64,000 bases of DNA from the human T2T-CHM13v2.0 reference genome, Homo sapiens. The notes under the pieces were generated by a model. The model was given only the letters and a program-made list of their open reading frames with translations, had not been told where the DNA came from and did not search any database. A program made the position numbers and the translations under genes. Below are positions 12,686-25,830 of the stretch, one piece after another; position 1 is the stretch's first letter, and each line of letters opens with the position of its first letter. Where the stretch lies: NCBI RefSeq assembly GCF_009914755.1, contig NC_060931.1; one strand, written 5' to 3'.

Positions 12686-13940
12686 TACTGCACTATGAGC
12701 TCCTTCAAGAGATGGATGAGCAGCGTGTCAGCCTTCTTCGGGCCCCAGAGCGGACCCTGCACACGATAAACACTCATCCCAGGCACTTCAGGAATCTGCA
12801 AAGGCAGTCTTGGCCCAAATGCTTAAAAACAGAAGGGACGCATGTACTATGGTCTGGAGAGGCACAATCCCCCTCACTTCTCCACCTTGTGATGAGAGGC
12901 TACATTAAAAATGGCTTACGCACCATAAAATCAGTTCTATTCATGGTGAGGAAATACGGAAAGGCAGTAAAATTGGCAGAGCATGGAGATGAGAGGACAC
13001 TAAACTCCCTGGCTCTCTAAGGAAACAGGGAGCAGCTGAGACTGTGACAGGAAAAGGAATTTAACCAATTTAAAATTCAAAGCGCTGCTTCTGTTCCCCG
13101 ACGAGCTTGTCAGTCCCAGGGGACCTCTGCGCAGGCACTGATGGTGTCCTTGCTCAAGGCCTCCCAGCTCATCCTCACAAATGTGCTGGAACATTCGTGC
13201 CTGCACCAGCTGGGCCCCCAGGTTCTCATCCAGAGAGCAGCAACAGGGACAGCTCAGGTGTGTCCCCCAGGCCCACACGCCTCCCCAGGGGTGCTCTGTG
13301 CCCTTCAGCCCCCATCAGCCCTTGTCCTCACCCTGGCCCGAGCTGGCTCAGGCTGGGAAGGTCAGCAGGATGTGACAGCCATCGCACCTGGGGTCTCTCT
13401 GGTCATGACAAGGGACCTGCTTCCTTCTTTCGGCAACTGGCAGTCACACAAGTCCTGTGAGCCCCCCACAAGGGCCTGACCATGCACACGTGAAATGATG
13501 GAGGGCTGCTCAGGTGCCTCTAATGGAAAGGCTGGTGAAAGATGTGCCTCGTAGACCCGCCGCGGCGCTGCCTCCTGACGCTCAGCGTGGTCCCTCTCTT
13601 CTCCAAGCAGTCAGTGAGGCTGACTCAGGAGGAAGCCGGCCCCAACTGCATTTTGTCTCAATCTGACCCCTGGGACAGCTCTCTCTAGCCTCATCTTACT
13701 TGCTAATTTTTGTTTTAAATTTACAGATATTCTTTTTTCAAGCAATTATAGGTTTACAGGAAAACTGAGGAGAAATGAGAGTTCTCATCTACCCTTCAGC
13801 CCCCAGGCAGATTCCCCTGCACCGTGCACGACTGCAGTCCATTCATTACAACTGATGAACCCAAGTCCACAGTGGACACGTGGGCTCACTTGTCATGTCT
13901 TACATTCTCGGGTTTAGACGAACGCATGTCTGCAGTCCCT

Positions 13941-14024
13941 GTGCGACCGCGCGTCCACCATCACGGCCGCGTGCAGTCGGTCCACTGCTGCGTGCGACTG
14001 CGTGTCCACCATCACGGCCGCGTG
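13941..14024. repeat. Tandem duplication, 51-bp period, inside old L1
   Basis: GTGCGAC(C/T)GCG(C/T)GTCCACCATCACGGCCGCGTG at 13941 and 13992. Confidence 0.85.
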
Positions 14025-14316
14025 AAGAGTAGGTTCATTCCCCAAAAATCCTCTGGGTCCGCCTGCGCATCCCTCTTGTCCATCCCTGGCAACCACCGAT
14101 CTTTTTACTGTGTCCACAGTTCTGCCTTTTCCAGAATACCACGGAGGAGAAATCCCACAGTACACCGCCTTTGCAGACTGTCCTCTTTCACTGTGCAATA
14201 TATATTTAAGATTCTTCCACGTCTTTTCACAGCTTGGTAGCTCATTTCTTTTTAGCTCAGAACAGTATTTGAGTGAATGGACATACCATCTTTTATCCAT
14301 TCACCCATGGAAGGAC

Positions 14317-14521
14317 ACTGTTACTGTGTGGTTCCCAACCCCTCCAAATCTCAGGTTGACAACTGATCCCCACGATTGGAAGCAGGACCTGAGAGGAGGG
14401 GTTTGGGCCATGGGGGTGGGTCCCTCATGACGGCTCATGCTGAAGAGCAGTCCTCACTTCATCAGTTACCAGGAGAGATGATTGTTACAGGGAGCCTGGC
14501 GTCTCCCTGCTCTCCCCCTTC
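14317..14521. mobile_element. ERVL-MaLR LTR fragment (MST-like)
   Basis: CCCTCCAAATCTCAGGTTGA...GAGGGGTTTGGGCCATGGGGGTGGGTCCCTCATGA resembles one end of MST-family LTRs. Confidence 0.65.
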
Positions 14522-14898
14522 CTGCGTCTGCTTTGGTGAGGCGCCTGTTCAGAGCTCACCCATTTTCAATGCTGAGCATCTCCTCATGTGCTTCTCCGTC
14601 ACCCACGTGTCTGCTTTGGTGAGGCACCTGTTCAGAGCTCACCCATTTTCAATGCTGAGCATCTCCTCATGTGCTTCTCCTTCACCCACGTGTCTGCTTT
14701 GGTGAGGCACCTGTTCAGAGCTCACCCATTTTCAATGCTGAGCATCTCCTCATGTGCTTCTCCGTCACCCACGTGTCTGCTTTGGTGAGGCACCTGTTCA
14801 GAGCTCACCCATTTTCAATGCTGAGCATCTCCGCACGTGCTTCTCCGTCACCCGCGTGTCTGCTTTGGTGAGGCGCCTGTTCAGAGCTCACCCATTTT
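14522..14898. repeat. VNTR, 83-bp unit x ~4.5, L1-derived
   Basis: Unit CTGCTTTGGTGAGGC(A/G)CCTGTTCAGAGCTCACCCATTTTCAATGCTGAGCATCTCCTCATGTGCTTCTCCGTCACCCACGTGT. ORF starts at 14588/14671/14754 confirm period 83. Confidence 0.95.
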
Positions 14899-16759
14899 TT
14901 AATTGGGTGGTCTGTTTCCTTACCACTGAGTTTGAAGAGTTCTTTGTATAATTTGGATAACAGCCCTTATCAGATATGTCTTTTGCATGACGGTGAAAAA
15001 TATTTTCTCCATTTGGGGCTTCTCCTTTTATTCTCAACAGTTTCCTTCGCAGAGCAGCCATTTCCAACTCTAACGAGGTCCATCTCATCAATTCTTTCAG
15101 ACTGTGCCTTTGGTGTTGTACGTTAAAAGTCACTGCCTAATTGAGAGTCAGCTAGATATTTCCGCCGCTATCTTCTAGGAGTTTTAAAGTTTTGTGCTTT
15201 ACACTCAGGTATGTGATCCACTCTGAGTTGATTTTTGAGGAAGGTGTAAGGTCTGTGTCTAGATTTTTCCCCTGTGGCTGTTCCGCTGTTCCAGCACCAT
15301 TTGCTGAGAAGACCGTTTTCCTCTGAGCTGCCTTTGCTCTGCGGTCCACGATCAGCCGAGTATATCTGTGTGGGTCTATCTCGTGGCTCTCTGACCTGTT
15401 CCACAGACCTGTTCGTCCATTCTTCCATCAACAGCGCACCACCTTGATCACTGTGGTTTTACGCTAAGTCTTGAGGTCGGGGAGTGTCAGTTTTCCGGTG
15501 TTGTTCACTGGTGTTGTGCTGGCCATTGCCATCTTTTGCCTTCCCATATAAACTTTAGAATCTGTTGATATCCACAAATATAACTTGCTGGGATTCTGAC
15601 TGGGACTGCACAGACCCTCTGGGGAGAACTGATAATATATTGACTCCTCCTACCCGTGAACATAGAATGCCGCTGCATTGATTTACGGCTTTGATTTCTT
15701 TCATCAGGTCTGGTGATTTCCTCACACATAACCTGTACCGGTCTCTGTGTCTACACTGTTTTTTGGTGCTAATGTAAATAGTACTGGGTGTTGATTTCAA
15801 ATTCCCTCTGCTTGTTGCTGGTACACAGGAAAGCAGCTGACGGCGTGTATGGCCCATACCCTGCTCTCTCTCACCACTCATTATTCTACAAGTTCTTTTG
15901 TTAGTTCTCAGAATTTTCTACATAGACGATCATGTCATCTGCAAACAAAGACAGTTTTATTTCTTCCTTCCTTTATTCCCTCTTCTTGTCTTACTGCACT
16001 ATAGCTAGTACTTCCAGTACGACAGCGAATAGGAGTGGTGAGTGGGACTCCTTGCCTCGTGCCTGATCTTAGCGAGAAAGCTTCTAGTTTCTTACTTGGT
16101 TTTAAGACGGAAATAGTTGACAAGTAATAAGAAATTAGCTTCTCTATGACAACAAAAAGAAAAATCTGCCCATTTAAACAGGACCAGTCACCAGAGCCCA
16201 ATTGTGTCCAGCAGCTGCACACGTCTCTGGAGAGGCCACCCTCTCTTAAGGACTAGTCTTGGATTTGTGGGGTTCTCAGAGAGCAACTTGTGGCTGCCCA
16301 AGTTCCTGGCTCCACCAGAAATCAGGTGGGCATGATCTCCAGGCCCCAGGGACACCCCTGCTGCTCATCTAGGGCAAGAACACCTGAAAGAAGTCAGCTC
16401 TGCTGCTTATGGGTTGAGCCATCTTCCTTCAACTGCCCGGAATGCTGCAAAGTGGGCCTTTTCTAGGATACATGAGTCACCGTTTCCAGAAAAACCAGAA
16501 CTGAGGACACCTTCCCAGACATTCAATGACTGACGTTCATTAATGATGTTCATGTTCAACACACAAAAAACACCCCCTACAATCTAATCAGAATTTTGAG
16601 CAAACACTACCCAGAAAGGTAAGACTAGCCACGAAAGGTGTGAAGGAACGGTGAGCGCACCTGCCTTCAGCCCTCACCCACCCAGCAGGCAAGGCTGAGC
16701 AGAACCTGTGTGTGGGGCCCTCAGGCCACTAGGCCCTCCTTCTTCCAACTGCACACCTG

Positions 16760-17130
16760 TGCGGGGCCAGACTTATTCCACAGACTCCAAAAGAAGAGAC
16801 CGTGGCAGATGGACGCAGACACGAGATGCTCCCATCTTCTATTTCACCAGACACTGAAGAGATTTGTAAAAAGTAAAAAACAATGCCATTCCTCTCACTG
16901 TCTCGTTTTGTGTTAGAAAATGCATTTTTCATAAATATATTTTGTTAAGTGATAATGAATTGTTTTTAATGAGATTATAAATATAATTGTAAATAATGAT
17001 TTAATTTTAATTTTAATTTCCAAAGATGGTAAATACTGATAGTTATGATTCCCCACAAATAAAAACTCTTTGTTTTCGGTAATTGTTTATCATTAAAGGG
17101 GCCTGGACTGACAAGTGAGGGCAATGCTGG
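16760..17130. mobile_element. hAT-Charlie DNA transposon fragment (Charlie1-like)
   Basis: TCTTCTATTTCACCAGACACTGAAGAGATTTGTAAAAAGTAAAAAACAATGCCA and the following AT-rich terminal region resemble Charlie1. Confidence 0.7.
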
Positions 17131-17334
17131 TGCAGAGGAAGGCTCAGGTGGTGGGCAATGTCCGGGCCTCCTGCCCCCCAGCTCTCACAGCGACGCTCGG
17201 GACAATGCCCACCAGCTCTCGCCACCTCTCACGGCCACATATGGGAGTCCTGCCTGCCACCTCTCATGGTGACGTGTGTGCACATGTCCCAGGCCCAAGG
17301 GAAAGTACACTCATGAAGGGAGCAACGGCCTCAG

Positions 17335-17440
17335 CAGAGACCTGAATCTGAGCCTTTGGAGGTGAGTCCAAGGATCTCTATTTTCAGGCTCTTTTCGCCA
17401 TATAACTCACAAGCAGCCAGGCATTTGGGAAGCGTGGCCA
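17335..17440. mobile_element. MER5-like DNA transposon fragment
   Basis: CTGAATCTGAGCCTTTGGAGGTGAGTCCAAGGATCTCTATTTT...TTTGGGAAGC resembles MER5. Confidence 0.5.
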
Positions 17441-19392
17441 TGATCAGGACCACGCGGCCCAACGCTCTCTAGTCCCCTAAGGGATTCACTGCTGGTTTCT
17501 CTTCCCAGGCAGAGGGAAAGCTCCTTCAGGGCAGGGGTCACAGCCTTCCTTCTCCTAGAGCCCCTATGTCCACTCCAAGCTCAATGAGACAGAAACAGGA
17601 AGCCGCACTTGCCCCACGCTGACCAAAAATGCCTGTCACAGCCACGTCCACACTGTTCCTCCTGCAGACTCTGCGCAACTGTGTTTCTCGGCCACAGTAT
17701 TAAAAAAGGGTCAGCATTAAGAGGCTTCATGCCCTGAGGAAGCGACCTGTGATATCTGAGCTTGAAAAAGCATCGCCCTGATGAGAGGCAACGTGGTGAG
17801 AGGGCACAGGCTTAGGAGACAGCCAGCCCTGAGCTCACAAGCAGACTCCAGGCTGAGTGGCTCCACAACCTTGGGGAAACTGGGGCAAAGCGAGAGGCTC
17901 CCCGCCAGCAGGCAGGATCAGTGCCAGGGCAGGGGGACACGTGTGGAGTGCCTGGTACCCACAGGTGCCTAGCAGTGGATGTTTCTTTGTTCCGACTCTC
18001 TTACCCAAGTTTCCTAACAGGATCGAGAGACCCTCCCAGGTCTATGGCACCAACTCGAGCTCAGGATGCTGGCAACACCAACACCCTCCCTCAGACCAAG
18101 TGCACTCACCTGCCCAAAGCCTGCCCCTTCCAGGGGCTCCTGTTCTCCACAGGCAGACTCTGAGCCAGCTGCATTCCTCGGTGGGGGCCCTTCCCATCTC
18201 TTGGCATCTCCTCGGGGCTCAGCAGTGGAGGCCATGGTGGGAGGGCCTGAGACTGATTTTATGTTCTGCCAAACAAGGAAGGAAAGCGTACTCCAATCGC
18301 CTGATGGCACCGGAGCTGCTCTCCACACCTGCACACCAAGAATCCCAGCTCGGCATGGAAAGGAGCCGGCAGTGGCCAGCTTCAAGGCTAAGAAGGAAGC
18401 TCTTGGCTCAGAGCTTACAAAGTTTACAACAAGTTACAGGGAAACTCAAGAAAAGCGTTCATAAGAGGATGCTCCCAAGTCCACTGATGATGCCCTGGGC
18501 TTGGCAGTGCCGGGCATGAGAGAGGAGGCCTCGAGGACCCCACCTCAGTCTCCCCAGATAGCAGCTCCTGGCAGCCCTGACCCTGCTCTAGGCTCCGCTG
18601 TGGGGTGTGGGCTGCTCTCCTGGGGTTAGGCTCACACAAACCCCTTCAAAATAAGCAAGGAAACAGAAGTTCAGGGCACCAAAATACTTAGGGACCAACC
18701 CCAGCAAGGGCCCTTCTCCCATCTCCCTATTCTCTTCCTGAAGCAACAATAAACAACATTCAAGTAGTATTCATTTCTGTGTTTTCTCCAAATGTTTGAG
18801 GAAATCTACATTCTACTACCACCTTTTGGGGGCCAAGAAAGATGTTCGCTTGCAAAGGACAGAACTGACCCAAGCACCCTCTTCTCAAACGTATATGGCA
18901 CTCCAGATGCCGTTTTCTGATTTGGGGAGCTGAGGTCAGACACCTTCCGCTCTCTAACAGAAACGTCACAGAGCAGCAGGCATGTTACCGGTCTGCTTGG
19001 CCCATGCAAGTGAGGGGCCCACACTGCCTCCTCCTTCCCTTCTGCACCTTGCACACACCACCTCTGGCCCAAGTGAGTGAGGGGCCCAGGCTGTCTCCTC
19101 CTTCCCTTCTGTGACTTGCACGTGCCACCTCTAGCCCCAGGTGCAGACAGGCTTGTGCCATGGCACTGCCTGAAAACCTCAGCCAGGAAACAGAGCGCTT
19201 TCCCCATGGTCCCGGGTCACCTCAAAGATGCCACCTCAGGCTCCCACACAGGCCAGATCCACAACCGGAACAGAAACTTCTCCAGGAAAGGTCTCCTGAC
19301 CAGCAGTTTCTGAACTGTGCTCCTCTGGCCCTGGAGGCTCCAAAGAGGGGAAGCCAAGCAGGAGGTGGACGTATGGGGCAACTACACGAGGA

Positions 19393-19545
19393 CACGATAC
19401 CGGCCATGATGGCAGCTGCTGCTCACAGAGCGTTTCTGTGCCGACGGTGCCATGTCGGATAACTATGCGAGGGCCACACGACACCAGCCACACGACACAG
19501 GCCATGATGGCAGCTGAAGTTCACAGGGCGTTTCTGTACTGACAG
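19393..19545. repeat. Diverged tandem duplication, 98-bp offset
   Basis: GGCCATGATGGCAGCTG...CACAG(A/G)GCGTTTCTGT at 19402 and 19500. Confidence 0.8.
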
Positions 19546-21105
19546 CGCGGGCCAGCCCATGATCAGAGCACAGAGCTGTGAGTCCCAGGCCCTTCACCAG
19601 GGCTGCACCCACGCTGCGCTCTCACCACCACTGGGCAGCCCCTGACACTGCGGACCTGAGACTGCTGTTACAAAGGGTTTCATGGGGGTGGGAGGAAATG
19701 CCAGCTTTTTTTTAACTTGCTAAAGAGGGTGAGAGAATGCAGGGGTGCATACAGGGTCCAAAGGGAAGGAGAAAGGAAGGGGATGCATCTGCTGCCCCAG
19801 GGGACGTGCTCCCTGGCCACCGTCCTGGCTGCGGCAGCGCTCAGCAGGCTGGCGGTGGGGCGGTCAGCTCTGCAGGTGCACTTAGTCCAGAGCCACTCAG
19901 CCTAATGAAATGAGGCATCCTGAGAACCACGACGAGGTGGGCGCCAGACCAAGTGGCCTAGAGAGATGAGCACTTCAGCATGCAGAGGTTGAAAACAGAT
20001 CCTACTGACAAAACGGAAGGAACCACATCAAGAGGTGGGGATTGGGGGCATGAATGCCAGACGCACACTTCCGGCTTGTTAGGAGAAGTCAGCCGGAGGG
20101 GAAGCAGCAGATGGGGCCTCCCCCGCTCTCAAGGCCACACCGCCATCGCCTGCAGCACCTCACTCTGAGAACCCCAGGCCCAGGGGCCAAGCAAGCACTG
20201 AGAGGAAGGCCAGCACTCCGCTGCCTTCCCCCAGGCAGGCTGCACATACCCTTCAAAGAAACCCATTGAGGGTGGAACTGACCCTAATACAAATGAGGAA
20301 AGAAAGGCTCGGGGGTCAAGTGAGCAGGACCCAGTGACAGAGACCACAGACCCCACTCCTGCAAACAATGCCGCCATTCCCTGAGCACCTGCTTGATGTT
20401 GGGAACTTCTGAAATCTTCAATTCTCCACTCATCTTGCAAAGCAAGAGTCCTGGACCTGATTTTCCAGATGAAAAGCAGGACAGGCAAGGAGAACACCTC
20501 TCAGCTGGAGTCAACATGCATCGGAGAGGCCCAAGGTCCCAGCAGGACAAGCGGTCTTCCTCCTCAGCAGACGCCCCGGTACCGAGGCCAGAGGCGAGGA
20601 GGAAGAGCAGGCAAGGCTGCCTCAGCCTCACCCTCCTGTGTGGCCAGCCCACCCAGACAGGGCGAGGACTGTGAGGAGGGCCCAACCCCCAGGAAGCACC
20701 CCACACCATGTCCACAGCCTAAGCCCTGGCTGCCACGGGGATCACACGGCCCGACCCCCTGAGCCAGCAATGTACTCTCAGCCAACCCATGGGAGCACCC
20801 TCCCCGCACCCCCACCCCACCCTAGCTCACGGGACCACCCTCCCTCTGAGCTCACAGGCTGCAGTCCAGGGCTTGCCAAGGCGGGAGCGCTGCGGGCCCC
20901 AGGACGCACACTGAGATGCCCCCCACCCTCAGCAGTGAAGGTGACTCCCCCAGCCATGCCCCCAGGGCCACAGCCCTGAGCTCTGTGTCCTGCCTCTGGT
21001 CTCAGGAGGAACCAGACACTACCAATGACCCAGCACCCTGAGAGTATGGAAAATACAACACTCATGCTGGGAGAAGCTGCCAGGGGCTGGGGCCAAAGGC
21101 AGACT

Positions 21106-21204
21106 GCTGAGAACTCCACAGCCACAGAGGACACCCGCCGCTCTCCTTCAAGGCTGAGAACTCCACAGCCACAGAGGACACCCGCCACTCTCCTTCAAGG
21201 CTGA
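21106..21204. repeat. Tandem repeat, 47-bp unit x2
   Basis: GCTGAGAACTCCACAGCCACAGAGGACACCCGCC(G/A)CTCTCCTTCAAG twice. Confidence 0.93.
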
Positions 21205-24200
21205 TGGGGGAGGAAGCCGGGCTTCGGCAGACCCCCGTCCAGATGGCTCCAGCAGGGGCCAGTGTGAGGGGCTCTGCGTGGAGAGGCCAGCTGCAGCTCG
21301 GACCACACTTCCCCCGACCCTCAAGGCTAAGGTTTTGTGGGTGGTTTAGGCCTGAGATGATAAAAAACAATTTTATGCCTAAAAATATTAAAAAGTAACA
21401 ATACAGATCAGAAAAATCCATGCTCTAGGCTTCACTCCACCAAGTAGAGTCTCTTTCCCCCCACAGGCCTCAGTTTCCCTGTTTTTATGGTCTACTATCT
21501 GGACCCCGCCCCCCCCCAGTCCCTGCCCTGCTCCACTGCAGCACAGCACGCCACAGGCCAGGTGGCCAGGCTTCCAAAGCCCTCAACTACTTCCCTGCAG
21601 GACGTGCATCCTTCTGTGACCTGTGCTTGGCTCAAGATCACCTACACAGCGTCCAAGCCCAGGTGGCCCCTGCAGACGCCTCTCCCAAGGCCTCCCACTC
21701 TTGTCAATCCTTGGTGGCTTCCTCTGGGCCTTCCCCAGGCCAGTGTCCCAGAGGCAAAGGCTCAGCCACATTCACCACTGCCCAAACGTAAAACAGTGAC
21801 TCCAGCACCCCTCCAGCAGCCCCCGTCCGCCCTGCACATGTTCTTACACAGGACCCTCAAAGGACCCTGAAGGGTGAAGGGTGCCGGTGCCACCCTCCAC
21901 GCCTCAGAATCGGAGAGTGCACCAGGGCCGAATGGCCCTCCGAGGCCCTAGCTGCAGCCGCAGCCGCAAAGCCGGGAGCAAGAGGCCAACCAGGGCAGGG
22001 ACGCCGAGTGACCAGGGAGAAGGGAGAAAAGAAGCCAGGCATCCCTGGCTTAGCCACTTCCAAGATGAAGAGCCTCGTCTGCCTTAGACACTTCCTCCAA
22101 AACAAGAGCCATGGATGTGGGTGGGAGCCGGCCCCGCATCCCAGCACGAGGCCAGGCCCCCGCCAGGAGAAACCCCAAGGAGCAACCAGGCCTCCATGCC
22201 CAACCTCGGCTGGAAAGCAATGCTGATGGCAGTTGCCTTCCCCCAGTCCCTGCATGCCAGAAAGGGCGGCTCCATGGCCCTGGGACCCACTGGCTTCTGG
22301 AACAATCTCCTATGGCAACTGCCACAGAGCTAAACACTCAGAAAGTGATTGCATTTGGGATGAAATTTTTTTCTAGTGCTTGAATAAAAGGGGGAGTTTC
22401 ACATTTCATCCACTTCCACATCCCTTAACAATAAAAACTTATTTAAAAAGCCATGAATATGTAAATGCCATTTTAAATATGGAAATGCAAAACATTCAGG
22501 GAAACAGTCTGGGTGTGAAATATTAACGGCAGCTCATCTTGCTGAAAGAAGCAACACAAGCTGGCTAAAGCAGCAGGCGGAGGCACCCCGGACAGACCCC
22601 AGAGCCCAGCGGCAGCGGACGCTGGACCCGGCCCAGTCATGAAGGAGCGTGTGCTCGCCTTGCGGGCTCTGCCTGGGGAGGGAACAGGTTCAGACACCCA
22701 CCTAGAGCAGGGCCAGCCTTGCCAAAGCCTGCCTGCATCCTACAGGGCCACGCAGTGCCCCACTGCAGAGGCCCCTCCAAGCAGGCAGACACCGCGTGCT
22801 GCGGGGCACAGCCATGACACCCGACCATGCCTGCTGATGACCCAGGCTTTCCCCTGGAGCCAGGATGGGCTGGACCCCCTCTCAGGAGAGATGGGGCTCG
22901 ATCTCAGGCCCAGCAGCCAGCTGCAGCCTGAAACATGATGGTGCCTCAGACAGGCCCCCAGACCATACTGGGGGGCCACAGAGAACCCGGCATTGGCAGG
23001 ATGGGCACCGGGTCTATGTCCCCCAACCCGGGACTTCACTAGCCCTGATCAGGAAAGGACTGGAGGAACAAGAAGGCACCGCATGAGGGAGGGAGGCCCC
23101 AAGACAGACGCCCGCTCACCCAGACATCTCCATGCCATGCCCCCCTTCTCTCTCTCCCTCTAATTGGCCACAAAATGTACAGGCCTGGTACCCACCCACC
23201 CCCGCTGAGGAGGCCCCACGAGGAGGTTCTAAGCTGAGCACAGAGGAGCGGGCGGCTGCACATGCCACAGGCACCATCTCACGTCCAAGTCTGGGCACTG
23301 CAGGCAGGTGCCGCACAGACAGCCTGGGGAAGGCCCAGCTCCTCCACATGGCCTGGCTCCCGGGACAGGTGCCGCCAAGTCCTCTTTTCCTACTAAAGTC
23401 CCAGTGGAGAAGAGAGGGGGACTGAGAACCAAAAGGACAGGCAGAGGCCACCAGCCAGGCCAGGGTCGCCGGGGCAGCCATCACCGGCCAGCAGGTGGAC
23501 CGCACAGCCATGAGCACAGAATGGGCCTGCTCCCCTGTCACCTTGAGCAGCGCACTCTGGGGCACCTGACTCACTGAGGGGTCCATGTTCAAGTGCATGG
23601 TGCCAGACCCCAGGCACAGGGATGTCCCTCACATTTCCCCAAAAACCCGCTCACTGGGGCTATCCTACAGACAGACAACTGACTCACGAGAGAGACGGCT
23701 TTTCAAAGGGCCCACACTAGCCAAACTAACCCGAGCAGCCTTCGCCAAAGAACAAGGCAGGCACGTGCCAGCATCCGCACTGGAACCACCACAGGAAAGC
23801 AGATGCCATCAAGGGCCCCGTTCTAGAGACAGACAAGGAGCCTCAAAAGGCTGTCCCCTGGTGCAGGGCTGGGTTGGGGGCTGAGGCCTCTATGGCGCAG
23901 GTGCACTGTGCGTCCCAGGCATGGTCCGGGGCTGCGGGAGAAACTCTTGGGACCAGCCCCACATGGGACGCACAAGGGGCAGAGGGGGACAGGAGCAGGA
24001 TACAGACAGATCACGCGGGTTCTCTGCTGCCGGACGGAGCGCCCCTAGCTGCCACTGAGCCCACGGTGAAGGGCACGGTGCCACCCAGAGCTCCTGGCGC
24101 GTGCCCTGCCACAGCCCTGGACCAGACAGGCATGGCAGGCTGCCACCGTGGAATACATGGAGACAGCCCATTAGACTCAGGCTGATTCCACACCTTCTGC

Positions 24201-25649
24201 CAAAGACCATTTACATCGAGTGGCGCCAAAGCCGAACGGACGCAACAAGGCCTCTGGCCATGTCAAACCCCAGGGGCCCCCTTATGCCGAGAGCAGGTGG
24301 TCAGGTTGAGCATGAGACTTGCTGGGAACACATGGCTGAGGCCATGGTCAGTTCAAGGGCAGGCCAGAACTGGCCATCCCGATGTGCTCTCTCACCCACA
24401 CTGATCCACGGCAAATTCCGTCACCTTGACCTCCCAGATGCCCCCACCGCCTAACCCGTCTGATCATCACCACTGGCCACACACAGGAGACATCCTGCCC
24501 CACAGAGTCCCCTGGAAAACTTACCCCTGCCATGCCCTGAAGGCTCCCAGAAATTGTACTTTCCCATTACCTCAAAAAGTGACAGCAGGACACGGTGCCA
24601 GTGATGACAAGGACTAGCTAAAAACCTGCACCCTGAGCCAGCACCGTCCACAGGCTCCATAGAGGCGACTGCACTGAGCCTCAAAACCCCCAACAGGAGT
24701 CACCATCACCAGAAAGACTCGCTCGGAGAGCCACTCCTGGTAGAGCCAAATGCAAACACAGGCCCCAGGAACCTGGGCCAGTGGTGGCTTCTCCAGCGGG
24801 AGGCCCCTCAAGTGCAAGAGGGGAACAGCCCAGCCACCATGGATCTCGTATGCCTTGCTGGTCTCTGGATGACTCAAGTGCACCATAATTCAGATGCCAG
24901 GTGACAAGGCCTTGTTACGTCCTTGAGAGGACGGCCTAACCACCTGGGACCAACAGCAGGAAAGACTCATAACTAGTAAACTGATCTTCACTCACTCTTG
25001 GGAGGTGACAGAAACCTGAGGCAGGAAGAGGCTCAGAAAAGCACCGTCTGTGACAGAAAACATGGTGATATCCACTCATCACACCCAATGACTCTCGAGT
25101 TCCTTATGCTTGACAAGGGCCTGACTCCTCCTGACGCTGCCCAGGCCCCTGATGGCAGCAGTAGATGAAACAGGCCAGGCCCAGGCACCTGGAAGCACCA
25201 CACGGCCAGGTGCTCCAGGACATGCCAGCCTTGTGGCTTCAGGCCAAGGGCTCTTCTGCCTGGAGGCAGCAAGGTGGGATCTTCAAAACAAACTGCGGCG
25301 ATCACAGCCCAGGCTGGAATGCACTTCTGGGAAAGCCGATGCACAGAGGGGAGGCAGGGGAGGCCAGGGCAGACCCCAACATGAAGAGCTCCATCTGCAT
25401 CCACGGCCCTCAGGGGCTCCCCTCTGTGGACTTCTCAGCCGGCTCTACCTTAAGTCAGCATCGAGGAGGATGCCTGGGGCTTCAAACAGGCAAAACAGCA
25501 CCAGGCAGGATCCATGACCCAGGGTCTCTGCTGAGGCAGAGAAGCAAGGCCAAAGCCGAGACGGCAGCCACACAACGTGTCCCGCAGGGACCCAGGAGCC
25601 ACCTGCAAACACATCCCACAGAGCTCTGGAGACCCACAGGCCTGGACGC

Positions 25650-25830
25650 ACGTCCTGCTTTCACCACCTCCCAGCTGTTTAGCCCGGGGCTCAAGTTCCT
25701 CCCTGCAAAAGAGGGAATCATAAGAGCTTCCAGCTGGGAGCGTCTGTGAGGCTCAAGTGAGAGGCTGCGCATGAAGCACAGCGCAGCGCATGGTGAGGGC
25801 AGATGCGAGACAAACACTGACTGCTCTCAG
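25650..25830 (+). mobile_element. MIR relic (GC-shifted)
   Basis: CTCAAGTTCCTCCCTGCAAAAGAGGGAATCATAA...TGTGAGGCTCAAGTGAGA resembles the MIR core. Confidence 0.6.

Larger units (their letters stand above)
13705..16100 (-). mobile_element. Old L1 (L1MC/MD-like) 3' region, interrupted by an LTR fragment and a VNTR
   Basis: T-rich antisense L1 3'UTR/ORF2 relic (e.g. CCAGCACCATTTGCTGAGAAGAC, ATCATGTCATCTGCAAACAAAGACAG). Minus-strand ORFs give L1 ORF2-like peptides. Confidence 0.85.
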
